Of a stretch of 64,000 nucleotides of DNA, positions 12,399 to 26,272 are shown piece by piece. The DNA lies in the NCBI RefSeq assembly GCF_036321535.1, contig NC_087436.1, positions 114,020,001 to 114,084,000 on the forward strand, read 5' to 3'. Position 1 is the stretch's first letter. Every line of letters starts with the position of its first letter. A program made the position numbers and the translations under genes. Under the pieces are notes generated by a model that was not told the origin of the DNA, made no database searches, and saw only the letters and a list, made by a program, of their open reading frames with translations. The DNA is from Camelus dromedarius (lineage: Eukaryota).

Positions 12399-13558
12399 TT
12401 ATTCTAATTCCAAGGTGTCCATCACCTGTACATAAGTCCCCAGCAGAAACCAGGTTCTGGAAAGGCCTCACCCAGGGCCTGTGGAATAAGCCATTTCTGA
12501 CTTTCTCTATTTCTGGTCTATTTCCTGTATCTCTGGATGTTGAACTCTTCCTTCCCTCTTGCTTCCAAACTATAACGCAGCCCTTAAGACAGAATTCTTG
12601 ACCAAAGGTGTTATATTTTATTCAATTCTCCCTGTCCTTGTTCCCACAGTTATACAGTTTCTAGGAAAGCAAAAGTCAAAATAATTTTAAGAATGCTCAT
12701 GAATGAAATAACCATGCATAACATGAGTCACTAATCACATGTATCTCCCTTTTAACGTTGACATTCATTCTGATCTATTGTATCAATGTCTTTTTGGTTA
12801 GACTCTTAAGGATTGTCAGGTGTTATAAATTACTCTGTTCTTTTGATATGATAGTCCCAACTTGAGGAATACAATACCAAGTAATTGCAAAAGAATTGCA
12901 AAATTTGCAAACAATTTCATTAAATTGATGAAAGTGATGGGTGATTTTGGAGAAGGTCCCATTTCTCCTTTAAAATCATTGATAGATAAGAAAGTGCCAG
13001 GCTAAATCAATTAACAATTGAAGAAAGGACAAACTACAAAGATAACCCTAAAGTTTTTCAGGAGAAAATAATTTGATTACCAAAAGATTAAGAAAGGCTC
13101 TTGGTACTTGAGTAAAGTACTAAATATTCTTTCTATAAACAGTACTTTCTTTGAGGTCATGGTATTAAGGGCAGTTGGGAGTGAAGAATATTTTATCCTG
13201 ATCTCATATACTTTTGATAAAAATCATTCATCCACCTCAAAAACAATGAAATCCACTTGATGCTTTGTTTGTTCATTCTAAGAATTAAATCATAATTGCG
13301 CATGTAACTTGCACTTCTAAATATGATAAATGAATTTATTTTCATGGTTGCTAGTTTTATTTATCATACATTATCCCAGCCAAACGTGCTTTTATGTTTT
13401 CCAATATCTGTGATCCCATTTTTATGGATTAACTTTAAGTGGTCTTATCTCAGTATAAATTATACTGAGCTAATGAGAGACTCTCTTCTTCTGCTCCCCT
13501 GGGGCTGACCCCTGACACCCTCTGCATGTCTCTAGTTCTACTACACTCCTGACCCCTA

Positions 13559-13777
13559 CAGTCATCCCTTGGTATCTGCAAAGAATTATTCCCCTCACCC
13601 TCATACAAAATCCGTGAATGCTCAAGTCCCTCATGTATAGTGGTATATATTTGCATATAACCTACACACATCCTCCCATGTACTTTAAATCATCTCTGGA
13701 TTTTTTTTCTGAATAGTTTACATCTACTGTTGGTTGAAACAGTGGATTCAGAGCCTGCAGATATGGAGGGCCAACTG
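13559..13777 (+). mobile_element. MER2 (TcMar-Tigger MITE), internally deleted, TA target duplication
   Basis: TIRs 'cagtcatcccttggtatctgca' and 'tgcagatatggagggccaactg', flanked by TA on both sides; core 'gctcaagtccctcat...tttgcatataacctacacacatcctcc'. Confidence 0.85.
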
Positions 13778-14595
13778 TATATTACATTGTTTATGGACTT
13801 TGTGCACACACACCTTTTCATCCAAGCACACAGTATCCTAACAATTCCAGACTTCTACTGTTGATCCTTCTCTCTGCATATGAAACTGGGCACCAGGATC
13901 TAGCTCTCTGGCTTTTTTTGGTAAATAAAAGACTTCATTAGTTTCATGAATACAAGTATAAAGTAATTGCAGACTCACAGCTTTGAAGTATATATACATA
14001 TTAAGTATGCACATATATACATCTATGTATGAACATATGTGCATATATGTATTTATATACTAAACATTGAAAAATTATTTCTATTTTTAACCTTTTAAAA
14101 ATCTATGATAAAAATGCATTTATATGTGTATGTAAAAATGTTACAGATTATGAACTTAATGCATATAATCAAAGTGGTTTTAATTCACTAATATCTGGGC
14201 CTTATATAACAAGACTAAATGACTGGAGTAACTATGAGAACTTGGGGAGTTACCAGAGCTGGCTAAGAAAATGTTCTACTGGCAGGATCTTGCTTCCATG
14301 ACAAACAACCAGAACATCCATTAAATTAAAACCATGTTTGAAGCGGAAATCCTATTTGCATGAAAAACAGCAGAGCACCAGTCAGAACAAACATCAGTGT
14401 TTAGGGCTTGGTAAACACTCCGCAGGAAGAAAAAGCAGCAAAGGGAAATGGTTACCAAACTAAGGATCAAAAGGGGGAGTCCAGAGGCATAAGGTTTTTA
14501 CATAGAATGAATCCTGTCTACAAGTTTCGACTACAACACAAAAGTTTGAAAGAGGATTTTTTTTTAATCTTTGTAGAATAACAAAATCGAACCAA

Positions 14596-14672
14596 AAAGA
14601 AAGAGGAAAGGAGAGGAGAGAGGGAGAGAGGAAGAGAGGGGTTGGAAGGGGAGAGAGAGGCAGAGAGAGAGG
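14596..14672. repeat. GA-rich polypurine tract
   Basis: Directly visible. Confidence 0.85.
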
Positions 14673-15457
14673 ATTCTTTCTTCGACGCAAAGGGAAGTAG
14701 GCATGGGATCTGAAGAGAAATAATCATCCAGCCCAGGAGCCAGCAGCTAAAGGGTTTGGCAGGCTGCAGAAAGCAGGTGTGCTTGGCTGTAAAACAGGCA
14801 TTGCCTGCCAGGCCCTGGCATCTCCCCAGACTCATGTGCACCACACAGGCATATGGGGCTGGTGATAAAGAGGGAAAGAGGCAAGACTAGAATCAGAGTG
14901 AAAAGCTGAACCTGGCCATCTCACACATCCTCAGGCCCCCTCAGCATCTCTCCTACTCAGAGTTTTGGAAAGGGATCTCCAGGGCATTCCATCCATTCCT
15001 CTGCTGGGCTTCGGGGAGTGAGTTTGTCATCGTGGTGAGAATGTAAGCATTGGATTCAGAAATGACCTCATCTAAAAATGGAGGCAAAGGTAGATTTCCG
15101 TGAAAATTAAAAGATGAGAGCTGTGAGTGTGCTTTGTACAGAGCGTGTGCTGAATAAATAAGCCAGTCCCCTCCCCTCGGACATTGGCAGGGCCCGTCTT
15201 CCCTCTCAGTCTAGGTAGCATCATTGCTGCCTAATTTAGATCCCATCTAACTTGTGAAGATCTTTGATCTACATTCCCTTCTTCTTTAATTTTGAAGTAG
15301 CATTTATTACTGGGAGGCAGAATGAAAGCATGAAGTGAAGACATATACAGGAGGTTCCCTGGCCTGGAAGCCAAGACAGCTGGAAATTACTGTTTTCTCC
15401 CCTGGGAACTAGCATGACCTTAGGAAGATCCCATTTCTACACTTCAGCATCCTCAAC

Positions 15458-15497
15458 TGTGTTAGGGTTCTCCAGAGAAACCAGTAGAGATATATAC

Positions 15498-15556
<59 letters not shown>

Positions 15557-16110
15557 TAGATATTTCTATCTATCTATCTACTATATCTATCTATCTATCT
15601 ATCTATCTACTTATCTATCTATCTATCTAAAATAAAGAATTGTCTCATGCCATTAAGGACGCTGAGAAGTCCCAAGATCTGTAGCCAGCAAGCTGAACAC
15701 TGGTGGCCCATGAGAGGCACTTTTTCAGTCCCAGTCTGAAGACCTAAGAACCAGGAGAGCCAGTGGTGTAGTTCCAGTACAAAAGCCAGCAGGTTCAGGA
15801 AACAAGAAGAACCCATGTTTTAGTTCAAGTCCAAAGGAAGGAAAAAGCTGATGTCCCAACTCAAGGCAGTCAGGCAGAAGGTGTGGCCTCTTACTCTGGG
15901 AGAAGTCAGCCTGTTTATTCTACTCAGGCTTTCAACTGATTGAATGAGCTTCATCCACATTAGGGAGAACAACCTGCTTTACTCAGACTACTTATTCAAA
16001 TATTAATGTCATCCAGAAGCATTCTCACAGACACAACCGGAATAAGGTTTGACCAAATGTCCAGGCACTGTGTGGCTCTGTCAAGTTGACACATAAATTT
16101 AACCATCATA
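15458..16110 (-). mobile_element. MLT2B-like ERVL solo LTR
   Basis: Termini 'tgtgttagggttctccagagaaa' and 'tcaagttgacacataaatttaaccatcata', plus 'ctgagaagtcccaagatctg' and 'caacctgctttactcag'. Confidence 0.9.
15499..15629. repeat. (GATA)n followed by inverted (TATC)n microsatellite inside the MLT2 LTR
   Basis: Directly visible; the two arms are reverse complements. Confidence 0.95.
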
Positions 16111-16349
16111 TTAGCCAAGCTATGTAGAAGGAAAAAGGGAGGTAGAGGATGAGTAGAGCCCAGAAACGTAGAATTTAAGACCCAAGAAATCCATTGATAT
16201 GTTAGTGTCCTCCAGGAAACAAGATGAAACATTTAGATTCTATAGAATACTTAGAAAGCGGCACAAGGAAGATGACATCTTATTACATTATGAAAAAAAA
16301 AAAACTAGACATGTATTTTCTCAGTAGAGTTAAGTTCTCAGTAATGAAT

Positions 16350-16670
16350 GGAAGTATCATTACTATTTAGTGTGTGTCCACCATGACCCATGCATTTCAC
16401 ATGAATCATCTTAGTTACTTCTCACAGTAACTCTCAGAGATGGACTCCTTTATGTCCATGTTGAAGAAGAGGCAGAGACTCAGAAGGTCGAGTATCATGC
16501 CCAAGGTCACTCAGCTGGTCAGTGACAATGCTGGGATTTGCCTACCACCAAAGCTTCTGCTCCTTTTAATTATGGTTTTGTTCCCTGCATCATGTACTGT
16601 GTCCTGACACCTGGAAACTACCTGGTAAATGGCAGACACTCAACAAATATTTGTTGAATGAATAGTGAGT
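16350..16670. mobile_element. MIR (-, about 16350-16570) followed by L2 3' end (+, about 16580-16670)
   Basis: 'cagagactcagaagg...tgcccaaggtcactcagctggtcagtgac'; 'cctggtaaatggcagacactcaacaaatatttgttgaatgaat'. Confidence 0.7.
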
Positions 16671-19600
16671 GACACCCAGATCATCTTTTTTCTTCAGCCT
16701 TTGTTTTCACCAGCTTTCTGTTACTGGAGCAGCATCCACTCTACCCACCTGAACATGTTTACCCTTTTCCTGAGCCAGTCAGTTCTAAATAGAGAAAGAA
16801 GATGATCCTTAACCTCCACCCCATCAGCTGATGAGGTCTGGATAGTTCCTCTCCAAATGGTTGAGTTTGTCCTGTGATAGAAATGAACTCTGGAAACCCA
16901 TAACCTCCCCGCCTCAAATTGTAATGTTTCGAGTCCATCTCTCTGTAGGACTCTTGAAACAACATTCGTCCTAGCCCTCATGTTTTCCCTTCGAAAGAAG
17001 CATGCCATGCACTTTTAGGTACTCTGATACATGATACACAATAACAATTCAACATCAACTGAATCTGAGTTTGCATTATAATCCTCCACTTTGGGCGTAT
17101 GAATTGGGGCAAAAAATTAAAATTTCAGTTTATCCTGATCTGCAAATTTTGTATGACTGTCCCTGACATTTAAGGCTATTTGGGGGATTTAATGTGCTAA
17201 TCTATGCGAAGTACTTAGCTCAGTGCCTGGACTATGGGACAGGAGGATGAAGGATGACCTAGTAGCTATTGGTATCGCCCTGTTTTGACCTCCAGTTTCA
17301 TCCTACAGGAGATGTTCTTTTCCTCTGGAGACAAATGTCCAGTGCTAACATTATCAAAAAGCTACCTGAATTGCACACACTGTTTGGACTCTGCATTAGA
17401 ATTACTGCCCTTGCTAGGGTCTGTTTTGCTAGTTGAGTTGATTCTCCCTAACTCATGTCCCTTTTCCTGGGTTATTAATATACTGACTCAGCAAAATACT
17501 CAGCTCCTGTGATTCTCCCACTCCGACTGCCTGCCCTGTCCACCAGCCTTCTGTGGCTGCCTTCTCCGTATTTACATGAGCATGTGTCACTTTCTGTATT
17601 AAAAAGTTCCCTTTTATTTGAATTAACAGCCTAATTGTCCCAGTTCACCACTTCCAAAATGACTCTGAAAAATAAAAGCCAGAACATTTGGAAACTGCCC
17701 CCAATCCTCTCTGTGCAGGTCTCACTTAGAAATCTCTGACTGCTGCATGCTTTCCTAATGACCTTCAGTTGCTCAGAGAATGTATAATTCATTCTCCACC
17801 TATCTTCACTAATCCCACTTTCCTGAAGTAAATATTAACTGAACTTATCTGCTAAAACAAGCCCAAATCAAGTCTCTTATCAAATGAACTCAGAGGCAGA
17901 ACAGAAAGCTGAGAATCTGGTCCAGAGGAAATTGTCCTTTATTGGAAAGGCAGATCTAAAACTCCCTTTGCCCTGCAGTTCTATTTAACCCAGTTCAACA
18001 AACCTTTAGTGAACACTCTACATGTAAGTGGCAACAAGGATAGAAAGGACAGAAAATTGGATTCAGAGTTAGAAGGCCTTACAGCAGAATTGGATTTGAA
18101 TTCCATCTTTTACTCTTGACCAATTATGAACTGCAGGAAAATTGCTCTCAGGCTCATTTGAAGTGGGATAATAACATCATAGCAATTACCAGAAGCCCTC
18201 AACACCTCTTCCCCACCTTTCTGACATACACAGCTTTCAGTAAGGCTCCCTGGACTTGTCAAGGATAAGACAGTGAGTGCCTTGTAGAATATTAAGGGAA
18301 AAGGTTGACATCTTGGTGCATGGATGGATCATAGAAGCAGAAGTTGCAATATGTCCAGCTCAATTCAAAGGAAAAAGATGTTTGCTTTATTTATAAAAAT
18401 TTACCAGTCTCATTGCCCATTAAATTACCTTTGCCAATCCAATTCTATTTCAGCAGTTCTGATATCCCAACAGCACATTTGCTTGCTGCAATCCCAGGAG
18501 ATTACAAGAGTAAGTCTAGAAATGTGACTTGTGCTTTAAATTCAGAGGCATTTGTTCCCAAAGGACTGATCTGATGATCTCACCTTTTTGTCTGAACTTT
18601 TGGATGGTTCAGTCCTGGAAAGCCTCCCTCTTTCTGGATTAGGCCACTTTAGATCACCATGGCAATGGGGATGCTATGTGGAGCATAAATCCAGCATCAG
18701 TAGGTAAGGGAGCACCAAGATTACACAGATGACACATAAGAAATAATTCCAGCTTTTCCATGCTAAACACACAGCTACAAAAGCCAACCTTAAAACCATC
18801 TGTGAGAGAAGAGTATTGTCTAACTAGGCAATGGATCCTTTCTGATAAATGAAAGAGGAGATAAAGGCAAAGCACAAAGTTAAGAAAGTTTTAAGACAAG
18901 TGCTGAAGTACCTTTACCTCCAAACGTAATATTGTCCCGAATGCTTGGGTTTCCCCTTGTACCACTTGCCCCAATAAAACCCTCTCCTGCATTCATCCCC
19001 GGTGTGTGATGATAGACTGAGAAAATGCTTATAAAAGAGCCAGTTAGATTGTCACGTCCTGGAACTGGCAGGGATTGTCATCATGATTAGCCATTGGGTG
19101 CTATAAGGGGTCAACAGGAGAAAATCTCACGATCCCCAGCTCTCCATGAGTGCAGGGCCCAGTGAGAGCTGAGTGATTATAGGCTCCGCAGCAAGAAAAA
19201 TCAGCTGAGAACTGTGTGAGAGGAAAGATGATAGATGGAAAATAAAAATGTTTAGGAAAAGGCCTGTGCTATTAAAAGAAAGTCAAAACCAAATGGGGCA
19301 ATTATAGAGAAGAAGTTACAAATGTCTTAGAAATCTTCAAGGAAAACAATTTCTGCCCTCTGCAGGGACCTTCCAGTGCACCCTCAGTAAAGCATCATTA
19401 AACCTGCATGGGCCTAATGAGGTAACTCAACATCTCCAGTTATTAAGCAAACAAAAGCTCTGCTCTTGTTCCCCAGAGAGCTCTCCAACCCACATACCTT
19501 CCTTGAGTTCAAATTAAGGAATTCAATATTCTGACTTTTTGCACCAGCCTTTGGTCATATCTTTAATTTACATACTCAGGGACAGAAGAGGCAAGACAGG

Positions 19601-20689
19601 GGTAGGTTAACAAATTTATTTCTCTCATCAGCATCAACCAACTGATACTTCTTTTCTAAAGGAGGATACGAACTAGAAACATACCTCATTGTTCAAAAGA
19701 CCTGAGGGATAAAAGACATAGTAAAAAATAATAAGAAAAAAAGACCAGAGAGGAAAAGACAAAAGTACATGGGTGCCTCTCAGATTATAGGTTTGTTTTT
19801 TTTTTTCTCCATCATTCATTGTTTTTTTCCTACATATTTTGGTAACATGAAAATACATTATTTTTTAAAAATCTCCAAAAAATGTTTTCAGTAGGCAACC
19901 AAACCATGCACACCTGGCCATTTGGATCCTAAATTGATGACACTGATGTGTGAAGAATTATTCTTGGCCTCCCTATAATGAACAAGAAACAAAAGACAAG
20001 GGCACCAATGATCTTTACCCTTAAGTTGGGAGTTTATGTAATGTCCTAGCCTCATGATGTAAATTCAGTGGAATTAAAGGTGAGAATTTCTAGATACAGT
20101 GCATCCAGCCACATGCCCTGTCTTTCCCTACTCCCTTCTTCTACCTCAGAATATACAAACTACTTCTCCTTGTCAGGATTGCAGATGGCTCTCAGGACTG
20201 GAAGTCCTCTATTACACAGCTACTCCTTGAGCCCAACCCAGAAAAAAACATAACTGCTTCTCTGTCTGTCCAAATGCATAAAGTGAAAGTCTTCTCAAAA
20301 TAACCAAACAGAAGAAGCTACCAATTTAAATTCTACCCCCATGAACCATTTACTTTGGTCATTTTTTCCCCTTTTTAAATTTACTTTTTGTAGTTGTTCT
20401 AAACATCTTTGGTGGACCACACTTGCCCTGCAAATTTCAAGTTAGCCTTTGGCTCTATGTGTAAGCCAATCCTGTACATTCTAAGTGGAGTTACAGATGG
20501 AAAGTCACAAAAATAAAAACTATTACCTTGAGACAAGGGGGCACTTAAAAAGCCCTTAACTTGAAAGTTTTGCTTCTGCCCAAACATTTAGTCAAGACAT
20601 ACATGCTGGGAAGACAGCCTTCCAGAGAGCATGACTTAGCGGATGGAGACTGAGGCCACGCTGGTGAGCTGCAACTAGTTCATACTGGC

Positions 20690-20890
20690 TCACCATGCGG
20701 GAAGCCAGCTCACACCAGCTAGCAAGAACCATACCCTAGGAGAACAGATTCTCGATGCTAGCTTAACTTTAGCCATGGCACAGAGGCTGGATACTGACAC
20801 CACAGAAATCAGCAAATGCTACAAATTGGAGTGTTTTGTTTTGTTTCATATTGTTTTGTTTCAGACAGGCAGCTTCTGGCACAGCATCAG
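20690..20890. mobile_element. MER63-like hAT element
   Basis: 'gccagctcacaccagctagcaagaacc' and 'agccatgg...acaccacagaaatcagcaaatgctacaaatt' match the recalled MER63. Confidence 0.6.
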
Positions 20891-21895
20891 CTGCGGTCCT
20901 GAGAAAGTCACTGCTTTAAAGGGGTACCTGGCTCTTAGAGGCTTGAAGAGAAAAGCATCTTCCTTCTGTGATTTCTCAGGGAAGTGCCAGCAAGAAAGAG
21001 AGATCCATCCCTGCGACTGTCTTCCTTTCTGTGAAGAGTTCTGGCCAGTTACCTCCTGTTCACTTTTGTGTGGTGCATAATCTTCAAAGTCGTTCAAAAA
21101 TAAATAAAATGAAAAAAAAAACCCAAAAACAAAACAAAACAAAAAGAGCCCTTTAGTTACCTAAACAACATTGCTTTTTACTCCTTTATTGTTATAAACC
21201 CAGCCTGTCTGGTTCTGGAATCATTCTGTGAATACACCAGCTTAAATTTCCCTCTTCTGCTTTACCCTCAGGCCATAGCTTTCACTCTTTTCCAAAATAA
21301 GCTTTCCCAAACTGGTTTCCTCTTCTGCCTCCACTTCCTCATCTTCCATCACTTCTCACTCCCTTGCTGCCATCCGCCTGCTGTCTCCTCAGCCAAAGTG
21401 CTTTAGTTTCAGTCAAGAAGGGCTGTCTCTCCCTCAGGCTCCTGGCTGTTCTGCATCCTCCCTCCACTCTCTGTGGAGAATGTGCCCCATCAGTAGGGCC
21501 ATGTCCCTAAATCTCCCCTCTTGGCTTCCACAGCTATTCCAAATTGTGGTTCTCAGCCTTTATTTCTGATTAGTCTTCTATCTTTTCTTGCTTGGATGGT
21601 TTTCTTATCATGGTCCCCAGATTTAGAGCTTCTCAGGAGTCTGGGGTGGGCACCTGCCATTAGGTCCATGCAGGTTTTGGAACATTTCTTACATTCATTG
21701 ATACTTTATATTACTGTTATATATTCAAATATGGTATTTCCTCTAGTAGAATATAGATGTCTTAATTGCAAAAAGCAGGCCTTATTGAACTCTGGATTCT
21801 TTTCAGATCCATTTCAAGTAATAAGTTGTACAAAGAACACAGACTTCCACAGCCAGATCTTCTCAATACCCTAAGGTTTCCAATATTAAAGAGAA

Positions 21896-22107
21896 GAGTG
21901 GTTCTCAAGCAAGGGTGATTGCCCTTCAGGGAACATTTGACAAATCTGGAGCTTTTAAAAAATTTTATCGCTAGGGAGGGCATGCTTCAGGCTACTAGGG
22001 GTTAGAGGCCATGGATATTGCTAACTTCCCTACAGCATAGAGAGCAATCCCCACCAAAAAAGAATTATATGGCCCAAAATGAACAGCACTGAGGTTGAGA
22101 AACTCTG
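21896..22107 (+). mobile_element. MER20 (hAT-Charlie)
   Basis: 'agtggttctcaa...ggaacatttgacaaatctggag...agaggccatggatattgctaa...agaattatatggcccaaaatg...gaggttgagaaactctg'. Confidence 0.85.
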
Positions 22108-22529
22108 ACTTACAGTGACTATCTTATTGCAACCTCCCACAGCAGTTCCAAAGTTAATGGGAATAAGAGTTGAGTTGTGGCTAAGTGGTACTTAAACAGT
22201 TGCATTTTGTCAATCTCTAGTCACACTTGCTTAACCACTTAATGACTGAAAGTCATAAGGTTTGCTGTCCCCATCTACTCATCTCAACCTAGCAACAGGC
22301 GGGTCCCATACTGGCTTTCTCTAAGGTCTTTGTTCTGACCCTCTGTCCTCACCGAGTCCACAACAGGGCCCCTCACTTTCAGTTCTTGGATATGTCTCTA
22401 AAGCACAATTAACAGCCATAGAATCAAGACTATCTGTGCGTGAGTGGGAATCTGTATCTTTAACAAGCATGTCACATATTCAAAAGCATGTCATGCCCAT
22501 GTTTGACAATCATTAGTTTTGGGAAACTG

Positions 22530-22730
22530 TAAGTTAGTGGCTAGAAGCTAAGAGACCCTAGGTTGAATGGCAGTTATGCTCCTGACAACTTGAGTCTTTG
22601 CTAATTCTCACTCAGTTTTCTGGTCTGTAAAATAGGGATATTAATAAAACACACCTCATGGGGTTGTGAAAACTAAATGAAATAAGGCAAGCAAAGTGTT
22701 TAGCAGCTAATAATCACTTAGCAAATATGA
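22530..22730 (+). mobile_element. MIR
   Basis: 'ctcagttttctggtctgtaaaatagggatattaata...cctcatggggttgtgaaaactaaatga...aaagtgtttagca'. Confidence 0.7.
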
Positions 22731-23119
22731 GGTGATGTTAGTAAAACAACTTCAGATGCTTTATGGTTCAGAAAAAGAGACAGAAACCAGGAGGCTCTTC
22801 TAATATTAGGAGATTATGGACTGTCATCAAATTAATAACCTACTTTCTATAAGTACTCCATCAATCCTTCCTGTGTTGAATTGAACTGAACTGATTTTGG
22901 TAGGTTGTACCTTTATCCCATCATTTGTAACCAAGCAACAATTCAAATAGAACAATACAGTGTTTGAAAGGAATAATTCATGGGGCTTTAAAGCAGTGAG
23001 GAAAGGAAATAGGAGAATACGGTACATAGGATACAAGATGCATTGCTGGGAGGCACGTCTTGGATATCTTCTATTTCTACATTAGCTTTTGTCTCAAGAG
23101 TCCAAAGCATCTCGCTAAT

Positions 23120-23290
23120 CAGATGACTCTCCATAACATCCTGGTATTATCATTTCAATTTTTTGAAACCTGAGCAAACTGAACTGCAGAAAAATTGAGT
23201 GAATTGCTCAAGGTCACACAGAAGTCAAGCCCAGAATAGAACTGATGTCTGCTGGTTTCCCGTTCAGCCATGACCCTTCCCAGTACACCT
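23120..23290 (-). mobile_element. MIR
   Basis: 'gagcaaactgaactgcagaaaaattgagtgaattgctcaaggtcacacag'. Confidence 0.65.
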
Positions 23291-24467
23291 TGTTTGAAGC
23301 AGTCTGGTGAGGGTGGCTAATGGATGTGATATTCTTGAACCATTAATATTTTTTCCAACTAATGTTCTTGGCAGACTTGTTTATTTTCCAGAGTGAGAGA
23401 TATTTCTGAAAACAGAGTCTGTGAACAAATTTGATTATCAATCTAAAAGAACAGTAGTTGAAAAACAGTCAATGAATTTTAACCTAAAAAGGTGGCTTTG
23501 AGGACCATAATCAAAGAGGAATGTTTCAAATCAATATCAAGAATCTTGAAAAATGGGAAGGTTGAATGAAAAATATTGAATATCAAGGTAAGAGTTTTGC
23601 AAGGGATTGAAAACCCTGGATTTAGAGTAAGAGCAAGGCCTTTAGCAATGAGCTTGAATTCCTGCCAAGTAATGCAGTGCACCTTGGCATCCTTCCCTGA
23701 CCTCACAATCCTGGGCATTGGCTTATATCTCATGCTGCAGCCAACTCATTTCCTCTAGCCCAATCGATGTCTTTCTAATAGCTGAGCATCCTGCTCTGAA
23801 TCACTTGCAAACCACTAATATACACTTTCACTGTTTATTTTCTGACTAGAGACAGAGAAGAGCAAGGTCAGTTGATTCTTTCAATGATTGCTCTTAAAAT
23901 AAAAACTTTCACTGTAGTCGTTTGAACTTTTGAAAACCAATGCCCAACATACAGCCACTTTAGCAAATCTGGTTACTCATGATTCCATAGTTTTTCTATA
24001 ACTTGATTATCTTTACCTATGTCTATCTGTATCTTATATATAAATGCATCAGAATTATTTAATGGCTTTGTGCTCCTATATCTGACAAATACAGTGGCTT
24101 GTGCTTCATACACACTCAATTAACATTGTGGAAGAAGAATTTTAAAAATACATAAAGTTAATGAATGGTCCCTTTATAATTAGGAGCTTATTTTCATGCC
24201 AGGTAGAACCCTCCTATTATAAGAATAAGCATATATTGATCATGTGATGGTGAGGAAAAAGGTGTCACTGGCATGTCCAGGAGCTGTAGAAGATTGGATG
24301 GGCTCGTAAATTAGGCAGAGAGCATAGTCTTGATGTTACACGATAGTATGAGCAAGGGAATGGAGAGCGGTCCAGCCGCAAGATGAAACTCCTTGTGTGA
24401 AATTATTGCAGTCAGTAAATTTGCTCCCCACATTCTCCTTGGCAGCCAGCGTTCTCACAAGCAGTTT

Positions 24468-24506
24468 CATCACCACCACCACCACCACCACCACCATCAT
24501 CATCAT
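24468..24506. repeat. (CAC)n(CAT)n trinucleotide repeat
   Basis: Directly visible. Confidence 0.95.
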
Positions 24507-25344
24507 TCTTATCATCTTATGCTTGAAAGTCAAAGAGAACCCATCAAAGTCAGGAAACTGGAGCATAGATAGATTATTAATTATTATCATTAGGCCCCCC
24601 CATGCTCTTTTGGTGTTTATATGAGATCATTTTTACACCAACTGAGATAAGATTGCTTACTTTATCAAGAGTAGTTGAAAAATTATAAAATACGTGTAGA
24701 GAATTTAGTTTCAGTGGTCCACATCCAGGCTCACTTAATCATCATATACTCATTTGAACTTGACAGATCAACAGACACAGACTGAGGCCAGAATAAACTT
24801 TGCTGACCGACTATCAAGGAAGTAGAAAAGTGTACAGTAAAACCTAGTTTATCATCTCTCTGTTTTAAAGTCTATGTTATCTTTACACTCGTTCTGTTCA
24901 AAAGGAAGATGCTTTTTTCTAGATACTGGTCCCTTTGGAAAAGTGACCAGAATAATTCAAGATTTTTTCCTCAGACTCCAAGTTCTACTTCAGATGTTAG
25001 TTGCTAGTTGCTAAGGGAACCATTATAGGCCAATTTTCATTAAAACCATCTCTAAAACAAGACATTTGATGAAAGGGAAATTATTCTTTCACCTTTTAAA
25101 GGCAAATGCTTGGGCTAACCCTTTATCTGGTGGAAAAAAAGCCCATTCATGTTCAGGCTCCTTTTCCTTTTCTCCTAATTTCTCGGGAAAATAGTGCAGG
25201 ACAAAAGTTTTATTAAAAGTCATGGAAAAGAGAAGACTGCATGTATGGATGAATCTTGAAGTCAGATTGAACCCATAGACCTGTGACAGCTGTGATTTAA
25301 GGAAATTGTATTTAAACTTGAAAAATGGCTTTTATCCTTCTGCC

Positions 25345-25897
25345 ATTTTAAAAATGGGAGTATAATTCTATATAATTTATATAGAATGAAGCACAGATTT
25401 TATGTACATTTTGATGGGTTCTGACAAATATGTACATTTGTACAAACACTATCCCAAACAATGATGCCAAGCATTTTTATCATTCCAGAAAGTTCCCTCT
25501 TAGTATCACATCCCTGTCAGTTCTCATCCCTAAAGACAATTACGGCTCTGACACCTGTCACCATAATTTAGTTTCTCTAAATAATAATTTAGTTCTCTTC
25601 TAGAACTTTATATAGATGAAATAATATAACACATCATTTTATTTTATGGTCTTTTTGTACCAAGTATAAGGTTTTTGAGATTCATCCATGCTATTTTTAT
25701 TTATCAGTAGTTTGTTAGTTTTTCGTGACTGAGAAGTATTCCACTGCATGAAGATGCTACACTTCTGTATCCATTAACCTGTTGGTGAATGTTTACTTTG
25801 TGTTTCACTGCTATGAATAAAGTTGTTATGAATGTGTGCTTACATATCTGTTTGTGAGCATGTATTTTAACTTTAATTCTAGGATTGCCAGTCACAG
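25345..25897 (-). mobile_element. Old L1M-type LINE-1 3' fragment
   Basis: 'cattccagaaagttccct', 'ttctagaactttatatagatgaaataatata', 'tttttgagattcatccatg', 'ctatgaataaagttgttatgaat'. Confidence 0.8.
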
Positions 25898-26272
25898 ATT
25901 TGACTTAATGACTCTCTTTAGAAGATGTTAGAGTGGGAGAGCAGATTTTCCTGAGCAGAAAGGCCTTTTATGTACCTCTGTTCCTTAGGTCATCTCAGCC
26001 CAGCGTTTTGAATCAAACCCCCAAGCTCCCACCACCCATCCCCAGCCTTCAATACCTGCAGAAGGTATACCTCATAATCCATATCTCCTGGGATACCACA
26101 GCCAGACAGAGTAATAGTCAATGCCCCTTCCTCATTCCCACTCTTGTTTAAATAATTAGGACCTCGTTTTAACACTTCAACACTCTGTAGCTACTGAGGA
26201 GGTACACAATAGCTCCTTTTTAAACTGAATGTCTCTTTCTAGACTGAAAAGAAGCCTAGGGTTTTCTGAGCA

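Noticed and set aside
16721..17008. Two overlapping minus-strand ORFs
   Set aside because: No recognisable protein similarity and poor splice signals; lengths are compatible with chance.
20861..21142. 93-aa minus ORF and possible exon 20928-21081
   Set aside because: Weak acceptor (gaag) and donor (gtaccc), unrecognised peptide, and the end overlaps a MER63-like element.
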